From IMG/VR virus record IMGVR_UViG_3300044724_001191, positions 1 through 30,721 of that record: 30,721 bases of DNA, one strand, 5' to 3'. The notes under the pieces were generated by a model that searched no databases, had not been told where the DNA came from, and worked only from the letters and a program-made list of their open reading frames with translations. Shown here one piece after another: positions 15,078-23,221 of this stretch. Position 1 is the stretch's first letter, and each line of letters opens with the position of its first letter. The stretch comes from a virus. Lineage: Duplodnaviria > Caudoviricetes. Made by a program: the position numbers and the translations under genes.

Positions 15078-15555
15078 ATCTCAGTAGTTTAAATGATTTC
15101 AATTCTTTTAGGTCTTCTAAGGTGAGCTTTGTTAGCACGTCTTGCCTACCGTCTCTTTGGTATAAGTTTCGGTGGGCTTTGTCTTTGGTAACAAATTCAG
15201 TACCCACGTTCTCTATACACCATTCCAAAAGCTCTTGCCTTCTGATTACTATAAAACCTCCCTCTTCGGCAATGTCAAAAGCTATAAACTCAGCTAGGCC
15301 ATTTAGCCAACCTTCGTCTCCCCTTACGTTTTTAAACTCTACCCAAATGGTTTGGGGGTGGCGGTTACCCTTTACATCCACCCCGTACCATTCTGCATCG
15401 CTTCGCTTTACCCAGTAATCAATATGTGAGTATATGTCCTCTTGGGCGGTGGCTTTCTTTACCTCATAGCGTAGAGAAAGGCAAGCATCCACAAACCTTT
15501 GTTCAGCAAGGTCTCCTTGTTGCCTAGAGTAGTTTCTGCGTTCCTTGCTGACCAT
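15064..15555 (-). CDS. PD-(D/E)XK nuclease-fold protein
   Basis: GDLAEQRF...HIDYWV...VDVKG...WVEFKNVRG..GWL. Confidence 0.65.
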   Translation of the reverse strand: MVSKERRNYSRQQGDLAEQRFVDACLSLRYEVKKATAQEDIYSHIDYWVKRSDAEWYGVDVKGNRHPQTIWVEFKNVRGDEGWLNGLAEFIAFDIAEEGGFIVIRRQELLEWCIENVGTEFVTKDKAHRNLYQRDGRQDVLTKLTLEDLKELKSFKLLRYANS

Positions 15556-15559
15556 TTTA

Positions 15560-15925
15560 TTACAGTTGCTTTAGATGCTCTTCCAATAGAGATAACTTGA
15601 TTTTAATTTCTTGTATCGCCTCCCTTAGGTCTTTGGAAGTTATAAGGGGGATGTTAATCTTTTCCTTGTAGGCAGTTCGTGTGGCTTGGTACACATCCTT
15701 GTAGTATGACAAATCCATATCTCGGTAGTGTGTCTGCCAGTAGTGGCAAATGGTACTGTGCTTTCTACCTATGCTTCTTCCTAGCTCCACCGTTGTATAG
15801 TTATTACGAAGGGCGTTTACTACCGCCTTGCGTGCTAGGTTATTCATCATTGTCCTATCCTTGCTCTTTAGGTCTACCTCAAAAGAGGTTTCTATTTCGT
15901 GTAAGACTTCCGTTAAAATGCTCAT
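15560..15925 (-). CDS. DnaA C-terminal (domain IV)-like HTH protein
   Basis: ARKAVVNALR...TTVELGRSIGRKHSTICHY resembles the DnaA signature IG..FGGRDHTTV.H. Confidence 0.7.
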   Translation of the reverse strand: MSILTEVLHEIETSFEVDLKSKDRTMMNNLARKAVVNALRNNYTTVELGRSIGRKHSTICHYWQTHYRDMDLSYYKDVYQATRTAYKEKINIPLITSKDLREAIQEIKIKLSLLEEHLKQL

Positions 15926-16221
15926 TTGTAATATCCGTTTTGGTTAAGTGTGGTAAATTTAATCTTTTCTTCCCTAAGGGCATTGTCTAGGTATTCACCG
16001 CTTACCTCGAACTTCTTTTGGTTTCTGATATTCTCCAGTACATAGTAGCGATAGTGAATATGTTTTGGGTCTCGGCTTTCATCGCACCACTTCATCCACC
16101 CAAGCTCTGTGCATTTCTTACAGAACGTCCATTGGTATTGAATGACCCTAAATACATCTTTTGTATCCTTGTTCAGTAGGAGGTCTCCCTCCCGTGTTTG
16201 GGCTATTGGCTTTGGGCGCAT
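15922..16221 (-). CDS. Hypothetical protein (99 aa)
   Basis: Overlaps both neighbours; contains CKKC. Confidence 0.6.
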   Translation of the reverse strand: MRPKPIAQTREGDLLLNKDTKDVFRVIQYQWTFCKKCTELGWMKWCDESRDPKHIHYRYYVLENIRNQKKFEVSGEYLDNALREEKIKFTTLNQNGYYK

Positions 16222-16514
16222 CTATCGAGTGCTTTTTGTAGATTCTCTACCATTTCTTTTAGCTGGGTAATCTCATAGGATTGCTTGGCGTTTTCTAGTC
16301 TCGCCTCGTTCACTTGCTTATTGATTTGCCTTTCGTACTGAATAAAGTAATCCAAGCACGTATTGACGTTGGATAGGTCTAGAATCCAATCCGTCAAGCT
16401 ATCCCGTAAATGGTCATTGCCTTGCGATAGGTTGTACAAACCCTCTTGTACTGCGTGCATTTGGATTTGGTGGCTGCGTATTATCAGCTCATTCATACTG
16501 CTAGAAAGGGACAT
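16203..16514 (-). CDS. Hypothetical coiled-coil protein
   Basis: Follows the helicase; C-terminal heptad pattern. Confidence 0.65.
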   Translation of the reverse strand: MSLSSSMNELIIRSHQIQMHAVQEGLYNLSQGNDHLRDSLTDWILDLSNVNTCLDYFIQYERQINKQVNEARLENAKQSYEITQLKEMVENLQKALDRCAQSQ

Positions 16515-17427
16515 TTGCTTCTACTTTATGTCGGTGGTACATTAAATTCTTACTTCCAATGCTAAAGCCTACATTGTTCCTTTCCGAGCGTATGCGAATA
16601 GGTTCGTGCAGAGGTGTTGGCCTACCGCCCGTTTCAATGTCTTTGACTTTACGTACGTGAATATCGGTAAAAATCCAGTCTTGAGGATGCTGCGAGTACC
16701 TATGAATAATTGCTACACAGTCAGCACGGTTTTGAAACTTACCCCCACCTTCAATATCTGAGGCCATAGGGGGCATTGGATGCCCTTCGTATTCGTGGCC
16801 TTTTGGGTGGGTTCTGCGCAGAGCCTCCGTTGCTGGATGCGTGTTTAGAATGGTTGTTACATCATTCTTTTTGCAGAAGATTCTTATACGGCTAGTAGCC
16901 TCGTAGTGGTATTCGTGGGTGCTTACTTTCCCCAATGACTTTTGGTTAATGGTAAGGGAGTTATAGGGGTCTATAAGCAACCCATCGTAAGGCTCTTCAT
17001 CGTATAGCTCTTGGCAAGTGTCTAGTAGGCTGAAGATATCGTAAAGCACATCCGTTCTAATAAATCGGAAATGTCCTAGTACATAGGCGTGTGCATCGTA
17101 AAACTCCGCATCTGTGCTTTCCTTAATAATCTTCCCTAGCTTAAACTCGATAAGCTTACGTTGTAGACTGCCCACTTCGTTTTCCGAACTGAACACCATC
17201 CACTTAGTACCGTTCCTTTGTGTGTGCAAAAGCATAAGAAACATTATGCTATGGGTCTTACCTACGTTTGCGTGTCCACTAACTACGACAAACTCATTTC
17301 GTTTGAATCTTAGGTAGTCATCAATTTCGGTATGACCAAATTTGCTTGCCTCTTTGATTTTCCCATTGCGTGCTTTGTCTAGATAGTCTAGAGCATCTTG
17401 GGAAGTGTAAAGGGCGGGGTGTTGCAT
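16501..17427 (-). CDS. SF4 DnaB/T7 gp4-like replicative helicase (no primase domain)
   Basis: Walker A GHANVGKT, FSSEN, Walker B LLIDPYN, DIEGGGKFQNRAD, HVRKVK. Confidence 0.85.
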   Translation of the reverse strand: MQHPALYTSQDALDYLDKARNGKIKEASKFGHTEIDDYLRFKRNEFVVVSGHANVGKTHSIMFLMLLHTQRNGTKWMVFSSENEVGSLQRKLIEFKLGKIIKESTDAEFYDAHAYVLGHFRFIRTDVLYDIFSLLDTCQELYDEEPYDGLLIDPYNSLTINQKSLGKVSTHEYHYEATSRIRIFCKKNDVTTILNTHPATEALRRTHPKGHEYEGHPMPPMASDIEGGGKFQNRADCVAIIHRYSQHPQDWIFTDIHVRKVKDIETGGRPTPLHEPIRIRSERNNVGFSIGSKNLMYHRHKVEANVPF

Positions 17428-17444
17428 AGGGTACAAGGATAATT

Positions 17445-17469
17445 AAAAAACCCCTTCGTTAAAAGGGGC
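17445..17469 (-). terminator. Intrinsic terminator after the ssb-like gene
   Basis: GCCCCTT-TTAACG-AAGGGGT followed by a T run. Confidence 0.75.
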
Positions 17470-17475
17470 TTGTTA

Positions 17476-17910
17476 TTAAAATGGACTTTCTTCGCTGAAG
17501 TGGTCTTGGTGGCTACGTCCCTTTGGAGCTTCGCCAGTTACTACCCATAGGTATTCCTCTACAAAGCTAGGGATAGACTTGATGTCCATCTTGCCAGCAG
17601 CAATAAGGTCTACCGCACCCTTGAATACTACGCTACGAGCAATCTGTTGGCTTTGGTCTTTGCCAGCAGGCTTAGGGGTGTACTGCTTCTGTGCAGAATA
17701 TCCCGTGCTTGGTGTTCCAGCATATTCGGGCTTCTGAAGCTTAAGCGTTCCTTTGTCATTGATTTCGTGAGCTACTTCGTCTCCGATACCAAAGCGCAGA
17801 GATTCTGTCTTTGCAAATACGGTTCCCGTTACTCCATTGTCTAGGCTGACCTCAAATTTGAAAAGGTCTCGCCAGTTGCCCGAAGGCTGAATGCTTGTGA
17901 TTTTAGCCAT
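17476..17910 (-). CDS. Putative single-stranded DNA-binding protein
   Basis: Beta-rich OB-like N-terminus and acidic C-terminal tail ending FSEESPF; likely start at 17910. Confidence 0.65.
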   Translation of the reverse strand: MAKITSIQPSGNWRDLFKFEVSLDNGVTGTVFAKTESLRFGIGDEVAHEINDKGTLKLQKPEYAGTPSTGYSAQKQYTPKPAGKDQSQQIARSVVFKGAVDLIAAGKMDIKSIPSFVEEYLWVVTGEAPKGRSHQDHFSEESPF

Positions 17911-18091
17911 TAGTGAAAAGTTTAGAGTTAATAAAATCCATCGTGTCTTGCTGGGCTTGGCTGAATAGCTCAGCATCGTTTAGAGCTGCATCACGCAAAT
18001 ACTCCAAAGTCTTTACCCTATCCTCTAGGGCTTTAATTCGTGCATCCTTGTAAGCTACAAGTTGCTGCCATTGTACTTCTGATAGTGCCAT
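17903..18091 (-). CDS. Hypothetical coiled-coil protein (62 aa)
   Basis: MALSEVQWQQLVAYKDARIKALEDRV...; first gene after a host-type promoter. Confidence 0.7.
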   Translation of the reverse strand: MALSEVQWQQLVAYKDARIKALEDRVKTLEYLRDAALNDAELFSQAQQDTMDFINSKLFTNG

Positions 18092-18112
18092 TATTTTAGT
18101 TTTGGTTACACC

Positions 18113-18142
18113 CAAAGGTAAACAAAAAAACTAAACGGCAAA
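18113..18142 (-). promoter_or_regulatory. Bacteroidota primary-sigma promoter (TTTG-N18-TACCTTTG)
   Basis: Exact -7 TAnnTTTG with upstream TTTG in an intergenic gap. Confidence 0.75.
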
Positions 18143-18147
18143 GTTTT

Positions 18148-18543
18148 CTACACAAAAATTTCTCTTAGCTCAATTACGCAGCTTGTTTTCTCTAGGGATT
18201 TGTCTACCTCCATTCTGATTTTTTGGAAGTATTTAGGGGAGTCATCCTCTAGCCCTCCCCATTTGTTGAAGGCATCTACCACAAACTTTACTGCCATTAT
18301 GCAGTTATCTAAGTCCATTCGGTAGTTGCACCGTAGGCGCACCTCCAAGCCCTCATAAGTTACTTTATCGTATTGGTCTAGCTGGGATACTATCTCAGCG
18401 TTAAGCTCATCCTTGAGCCTTTTTCTGAATGTCCAATGTTTACTGGAGTAGAATTGGTTTAGGCTTGGGATTTTAGTCAGCCGTATTTGGATTGTCCCAC
18501 CCGCAACGCTCCGCAAAGTGTTTGTCGATTCTTGCGATTTCAT
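18148..18543 (-). CDS. rusA: RusA-like Holliday junction resolvase
   Basis: PSLN...DLDN...K...DA......DDS catalytic pattern; start codon uncertain. Confidence 0.8.
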   Translation of the reverse strand: MKSQESTNTLRSVAGGTIQIRLTKIPSLNQFYSSKHWTFRKRLKDELNAEIVSQLDQYDKVTYEGLEVRLRCNYRMDLDNCIMAVKFVVDAFNKWGGLEDDSPKYFQKIRMEVDKSLEKTSCVIELREIFV

Positions 18544-18685
18544 CCAATATCATTTTTTCCTTGAGCTTAGCCTCTTGCCTAGCCTCTTTGGTATTAGCGC
18601 AGTTAGCGAAGTTGCTTGCTGCTTGAGCCAAAAGGTAATCAATTTTTCTCTTCTTGGATTTGTTGGTATAGTATTGCCATTCCAT
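18473..18685 (-). CDS. Hypothetical basic protein (70 aa)
   Basis: MEWQYYTNKSKKRKIDYLLA...; likely ATG start at 18685. Confidence 0.65.
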   Translation of the reverse strand: MEWQYYTNKSKKRKIDYLLAQAASNFANCANTKEARQEAKLKEKMILDEIARIDKHFAERCGWDNPNTAD

Positions 18686-18950
18686 CGGTTGAGGTTTTTG
18701 CGGAGCTTGTGTGGTTTTCAAAGTATTTGAAGTGTTGAGCTTTAGACCTTAGGTGATTCAATTCAGTTTGGAGGTGTACGATAGCTTTCTCTATGTCTTC
18801 CTCCTTTGGGTTGTTGGGCTTATGTCCAGCCCTAAGCAAGTAAGCAATGGCTACGCCTAGATTGTAACTATCCTCTTGAAAGTCTAGCACTACATCCATA
18901 GCCTCTATGCCTTTGTACTTGCCAATGTAGTATTTAGGGGTCTTGCTCAT
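18639..18950 (-). CDS. DUF3310 / SaV-like protein (T7 gp1.7-related)
   Basis: PKYY...IEAMDV...YNLGVAIAYLLRAGHK...EDIEKAIVHL. Confidence 0.8.
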   Translation of the reverse strand: MSKTPKYYIGKYKGIEAMDVVLDFQEDSYNLGVAIAYLLRAGHKPNNPKEEDIEKAIVHLQTELNHLRSKAQHFKYFENHTSSAKTSTDGMAILYQQIQEEKN

Positions 18951-19068
18951 AGTGGTCTCCGTTATTTCCGTTCTGCAAGATAGCACGCATTCTCCGTTCT
19001 GCTACTAACTCTTCTTCATCTGTGTAGTCTTCGTAATCATCCCAATACAAAAACCTAAACTTACCCAT
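18934..19068 (-). CDS. Small acidic protein (44 aa), not in the ORF track
   Basis: MGKFRFLYWDDYEDYTDEEELVAERRMRAILQNGNNGDHYEQDP. Confidence 0.55.
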   Translation of the reverse strand: MGKFRFLYWDDYEDYTDEEELVAERRMRAILQNGNNGDHYEQDP

Positions 19069-19253
19069 ACTTACTCTTAGTTTACTTAGTTACTTACTAA
19101 CTTACTTACTTAGGTACTAAGTTACTTACTTACTAAGTAATATATACTAAGTAATACTAAGTAACCAAATAACTAAGTATCTTACCCCCCTTATATTCCC
19201 CCCTTTCTTAAATCTTGCTTCTAAGGGCTTTTCTCAATGCAAGATGGGTAAGT
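19059..19253. other. Putative replication origin (TTAC/ACTAAGT repeat tract)
   Basis: Largest non-coding region; AT-rich ACTT/TTAC tandem units on the left, ACTAAGTA units on the right, C-runs, and a flanking 10-bp inverted repeat; precedes the replication genes. Confidence 0.55.
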
Positions 19254-19299
19254 ACACCACCTAAGGGGTATACATAGCTTAAAACGGCTGTAAATAGCC

Positions 19300-19728
19300 T
19301 TAAAACAGCTTTTTGATTAGTTGTTCAGCAAACTGTTTTAGGATAACTAAAATGCATAGGATAGCAATCGACCATCCAAGCAACCCCTCCCAGCTCCATT
19401 TTTTCTTTTTAGGTTCGGGAGCAATGGTATTGTGAATCCTTACAGTTTCAATGCGTACCGTATCGCTTGGACACTCCGCACTCACATACACCCTTTCACC
19501 CTCTAGGTACTTTACCTCGACCTTTACTCGGTCTTGATAGATTACCGTGTCCTTCTGAATCGTTAGGGTGTCGTGCAGTATTCTTTCTTGGGTTACTACA
19601 ACCGTGTCCTTTACAACTACACTCTGTTGGATACTTTTCGCACCACCGCATCCACTAACTACCGCAAGAATCGCAATCGGGATTATCAATAGAGCAAGTC
19701 GGGTTAATGGGAATTTCTTCCAAGTCAT
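19300..19728 (-). CDS. Putative unimolecular spanin (u-spanin)
   Basis: Lipoprotein signal MTWKKF...AVVSG-C, beta-rich middle, C-terminal transmembrane helix; follows the endolysin. Confidence 0.75.
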   Translation of the reverse strand: MTWKKFPLTRLALLIIPIAILAVVSGCGGAKSIQQSVVVKDTVVVTQERILHDTLTIQKDTVIYQDRVKVEVKYLEGERVYVSAECPSDTVRIETVRIHNTIAPEPKKKKWSWEGLLGWSIAILCILVILKQFAEQLIKKLF

Positions 19729-19768
19729 TGAGCCAATCATCAAAAGGGGAGGTATTTGGTTCGTCCAT
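19655..19768 (-). CDS. Overprinted 37-aa acidic CxxC peptide resembling the RNR alpha C-terminal tail, not in the ORF track
   Basis: MDEPNTSPFDDWLNDLEEIPINPTCSIDNPDCDSCGS; ATG preceded by AAAAAAATAA. Confidence 0.6.
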   Translation of the reverse strand: MDEPNTSPFDDWLNDLEEIPINPTCSIDNPDCDSCGS

Positions 19769-20162
19769 TTATTTTTTTTGCTTTTAAAACTTGTTTGCGG
19801 TGTCTTGGGGAGTAGGAAACGTGAACCCAGCTTGGAGCATCATCTGTGCCAAACTCCCAAATCAGTTGGTCAAAGTCGGTATTGTCCTTAATCCAATTAA
19901 AAAGAACGTCATTGCCTCCCTTGAACTTTAGGTCAGCAGCTTGAGCAAAACAATGTTGACTGCTTGAACTTCCCCCAATAGCCTTGTTGACTTCGGGTGA
20001 GCGATAGCCACTTGTTACTTGAATAGCTCCTAAAGCATCTCTTGCGGGTTGTAAGACATTATCTGCAAGGGCTTGTAGGTTTTCCTTCAAATGGTCGGGA
20101 AGTGCGTTAGGAAGCCCCGTATTCGTTTTTGTCAGTTCCGCTAAAGTGAAGTTCTTTGTCAT
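19740..20162 (-). CDS. Endolysin, peptidase M15A family
   Basis: VTSGYRS...SQH...AAD...WVHVS zinc-binding motif. Confidence 0.9.
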   Translation of the reverse strand: MTKNFTLAELTKTNTGLPNALPDHLKENLQALADNVLQPARDALGAIQVTSGYRSPEVNKAIGGSSSSQHCFAQAADLKFKGGNDVLFNWIKDNTDFDQLIWEFGTDDAPSWVHVSYSPRHRKQVLKAKKINGRTKYLPF

Positions 20163-20287
20163 CGGCCTTGCCCCTTGTAGGGTTTCTTGTAGCTTTTGCT
20201 TTTCTTGTTGGAGCTTTCTTGCTTGGAGTGTTTTCTTCGTTTCTTGCTCTTACTGATGTAAGAGGTAGCCGTTTGCATTTTAGCCAC
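20159..20287 (-). CDS. Very basic small protein (42 aa), not in the ORF track
   Basis: MAKMQTATSYISKSKKRRKHSKQESSNKKSKSYKKPYKGQGR; ATGA-coupled to the endolysin. Confidence 0.7.
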   Translation of the reverse strand: MAKMQTATSYISKSKKRRKHSKQESSNKKSKSYKKPYKGQGR

Positions 20288-20438
20288 GATGATTCTTTTT
20301 AAGTTCTACAATCTTGAAAACGGTGTAGACGATAGAAGCCACCAACAAAACAATTTTGAGGACAGCCTCCACATCGGAAAAGGATACTGCCATTGAACCG
20401 CCATTGACAATAGCTAACTTGACATCTTCTGTTTTCAT
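20280..20438 (-). CDS. Putative holin/antiholin (52 aa), not in the ORF track
   Basis: MKTEDVKLAIVNGGSMAVSFSDVEAVLKIVLLVASIVYTVFKIVELKKNHRG; transmembrane segment and basic tail; ATGA-coupled. Confidence 0.65.
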   Translation of the reverse strand: MKTEDVKLAIVNGGSMAVSFSDVEAVLKIVLLVASIVYTVFKIVELKKNHRG

Positions 20439-20653
20439 TTCTTTGCGAACTTATCCAATGAGGTAAAACCAAAGCAACCAAGAGTCAATACCAAAACGGC
20501 ATTAACAAGGCCATCGCTTGGGGCGATGTCTTGGTGCGTGAACGAATTGGCTACCATAGTACCCAACAAAACGATAGAGCCAAGCAAAGCAATGAAACGC
20601 TTACTGCTCACCTCATCCCCTACGGATAGGAGTTTAGTTATCCAAGTTTTCAT
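20435..20653 (-). CDS. Putative holin (two transmembrane segments)
   Basis: SSKRFIALLG...; two hydrophobic helices and a basic C-terminus; upstream of the endolysin. Confidence 0.7.
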   Translation of the reverse strand: MKTWITKLLSVGDEVSSKRFIALLGSIVLLGTMVANSFTHQDIAPSDGLVNAVLVLTLGCFGFTSLDKFAKK

Positions 20654-20991
20654 TCGGGTTGATGGTCAGCAATGTACTGACGTGCTTCGTTAATCTCAAA
20701 CATAGTCCATCCAAGCTTTTGGATTTTAGCCACATCGCCATTAATCCAAGAGGCCAACATCTCAATGATGTAGAAGGTATCGGTATCTAACACCTCAACC
20801 GCAGCCCCGTATTGGGGGGCGTAGTGCGAAGCCATCTCACTCCAAGTAGGGTGGATGGTCTTTGCAATGGGAGGGTCTTCGGGATTGGGTGCGGGTTCAT
20901 ATTCCGTCCAATCGTAGGTGGTTAGTGTTGCGGGTAGGGCATCGTTCATCTTGGATGCGGGTACGCGAAGGAATAGGTTTCCGTGTGCCAT
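20650..20991 (-). CDS. Small partner of the LamG fibre protein (possible chaperone)
   Basis: 113 aa, coupled to 20991-22862 by TAATG. Confidence 0.5.
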   Translation of the reverse strand: MAHGNLFLRVPASKMNDALPATLTTYDWTEYEPAPNPEDPPIAKTIHPTWSEMASHYAPQYGAAVEVLDTDTFYIIEMLASWINGDVAKIQKLGWTMFEINEARQYIADHQPE

Positions 20992-22862
20992 TATAGTCCG
21001 AATTTAGATTTGTCAGCGTTGTAATTTCTTGCTACCTCCGTAGCCGTTAAAGCGCGATTATAGATGCGCGGTTGGGCGATTGGGCCAAAGAAAGTATTTG
21101 TACCTCCAACGGCTTGCCCTAACCAACGGCCAATAGATATATTTTTGTCGGTCGTTTGCGGTGTTTTTGTGAAGGCTTGGGTATTTTCCTCAACTCCGTT
21201 TATATATATTCTCCTTGTTGCCCCGTCATAAGTAGCCACAACGTGATACCAGTTTTTTATAGATTTACCAGCCGAAGAATATAAGCTATTCCACGTGTTA
21301 TCCGTTGCTCCAATACCAAAATTGAATTGAGTCGCTCGATACTCAAGAGCATAACATTCATATGGTTGGGCGCTACTAATGAATTTACCAATCAATTCGC
21401 GACCGCTTGCATTACCTTCTTCCGTTGGATAACACCAAACCTCTAAAGATAAATTCGTAGTAAGGTCAAGGCTTTCATTATCGTGAACCTCACCCCACGA
21501 AGCACCATCAAGATTGAGGGCATAGGCATTGCGGGGGTTTTCAAACGCATTGACACCCGTGATGTCCTTGTTTGCCGTCAACCCTTGAGGGAGGAGGACT
21601 GGGGAGGTTTGGGCGGTTGCGAGGGTTGGGATGTAAGAGCCAACGCTGGAGGCTTGTTCAAACTGCCATCCCCAAGCAAGGATATTTTCACCCGTTGCAA
21701 GGCCATTAAATCCACCGATACTAATGTCCGTACCTACGGAAGCATCGGCAGTTGAAACAATACTAAAGCGTTGCCATTCGGTAGTAACGGTGATATTTTT
21801 ATACTTACCTCCATCGCCTTCAGATTCGGGGAATCCAGCACTACCCAAAGCAATAGTAATAGAAAGATTGCTTCCCGTTGCACTTTTAAGCCAAACGCTC
21901 ATAGCATAAGTCGTTCCGCTTGTTACGGCTATATTTTCAAGGACGGCACTATCTGTGCCACTTGGGGTAAGCAAAGAGGCGTTTTGGGTTCCATCGGGGC
22001 TTACAGCATACGCTTCCGTTACAGATATATTTCTGCGAGTATATCCAGCAAAATTGTAATCTTCCGAAGAAGGCAAAAGGTTCGTCCCCTTATTCCACGA
22101 CACCAATGCCGTCTGCGCTACGGGCGCACCGATACCATACACCCAAGTCGCACCATTGATAGTTCCGTGATTGCCATTGCCCGAACCATCATAGGCCGTT
22201 GTTCCCGCACCCTCCATCATTGGAAGCCATAGTTTCAATGCGCTATCGGCTACGCCATCGGGTACAATCTTTTCGGGGTTGAGATATAGGTCGGATACTT
22301 GACCAGCAGTAAGGGCGGTGTTGAAGATTTTAACACCACTAACTCCACCGTTTAAAAATCCAATTGAAGTGTTAGTATATGTACCTATTTTAACTGTTGG
22401 AAAAGTGCTATAAGAAAGATTGCTGGTGTAGGATGTATCACTTGCTACCAATTCACCATTGGCGTACACATACGCCCCTACGCCTTGTTCAATGACATAC
22501 ACTAAATGAATCCATTGATTGTTGAAGGTGATTGAATCATCCCAAGTAAAACTGTTTCCGTTGCGATAAAAAATCAATCTACTTGCTCCACCGCTTTTGT
22601 AAATCATCCAACCGTTGCTGGAGTTCCATTGAGATATGGGAGAACGACCGCTTCCGTCCGTCATATTGTCAATACGGCAATACATAGCAACAGAAAGGGT
22701 TTGAAGATTGCCCAAGTCTTGCCCAGTAGTTACTTCGTCATTCACCCCATCAAAATCCAACGCCTTACCCGAATAGAGGGAGGCTCGGTTGTAGCCCTTT
22801 GGAGATAGGTCTTTAGCTCTTGGGTTTAAGGGCTTGTTTGTTTTGCTAATCGTTACGCTCAT
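20991..22862 (-). CDS. Receptor-binding / tail fibre protein with two LamG (ConA-like) domains and a CBM-like domain
   Basis: ALDFDGVND...WIHLV...IFNTALT; WYHVVATYDG...RIYNRALT; central NLLPSSED...QFEQ module. Confidence 0.8.
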   Translation of the reverse strand: MSVTISKTNKPLNPRAKDLSPKGYNRASLYSGKALDFDGVNDEVTTGQDLGNLQTLSVAMYCRIDNMTDGSGRSPISQWNSSNGWMIYKSGGASRLIFYRNGNSFTWDDSITFNNQWIHLVYVIEQGVGAYVYANGELVASDTSYTSNLSYSTFPTVKIGTYTNTSIGFLNGGVSGVKIFNTALTAGQVSDLYLNPEKIVPDGVADSALKLWLPMMEGAGTTAYDGSGNGNHGTINGATWVYGIGAPVAQTALVSWNKGTNLLPSSEDYNFAGYTRRNISVTEAYAVSPDGTQNASLLTPSGTDSAVLENIAVTSGTTYAMSVWLKSATGSNLSITIALGSAGFPESEGDGGKYKNITVTTEWQRFSIVSTADASVGTDISIGGFNGLATGENILAWGWQFEQASSVGSYIPTLATAQTSPVLLPQGLTANKDITGVNAFENPRNAYALNLDGASWGEVHDNESLDLTTNLSLEVWCYPTEEGNASGRELIGKFISSAQPYECYALEYRATQFNFGIGATDNTWNSLYSSAGKSIKNWYHVVATYDGATRRIYINGVEENTQAFTKTPQTTDKNISIGRWLGQAVGGTNTFFGPIAQPRIYNRALTATEVARNYNADKSKFGL

Positions 22863-23221
22863 TCTTCAATAGGGTTACAGTATTCGGGGTAAAGGGCGCA
22901 GTATTCAGCCGTATAAGCAGCCTCCCATCCAGCGAAGATGTGGATACCACAAGGCTTAACCCATACAATAGAAGCCTCCCAAGAGGGAAGCTGGTCGTTT
23001 GTCCAAATAACATCCACACAGATATTGGGGTTTAGAATCTCACAGACGGGGTTGCCTTCGGCATCCTCGCCCCATTTATCGCATAGGTTGCCGATATAGT
23101 GTACAGCTACCACCTTCGAGGGGTCGTAGGATACGTTGCCCTCCGAATCGGTGATTTCAATCTCGGCCTTTGCCGTCTCCCAAGCCGTTGGGTTTTTAAA
23201 CTCGTATTTTAAGAATCTCAT
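22859..23221 (-). CDS. Small partner of the fibre protein (possible chaperone)
   Basis: 120 aa, ATGA-coupled, ends HIFAGW. Confidence 0.55.
   Translation of the reverse strand: MRFLKYEFKNPTAWETAKAEIEITDSEGNVSYDPSKVVAVHYIGNLCDKWGEDAEGNPVCEILNPNICVDVIWTNDQLPSWEASIVWVKPCGIHIFAGWEAAYTAEYCALYPEYCNPIEE

Noticed and set aside
19070-19185. CRISPR array or coding microsatellite
   Set aside because: Units are 4-9 bp with no unique spacers, and the tract is rich in stop codons.
20299-20481. Track ORF of 60 aa (MVALVLPHW...)
   Set aside because: The alternative frame 20280-20438 gives a coupled holin-like protein and fits better.
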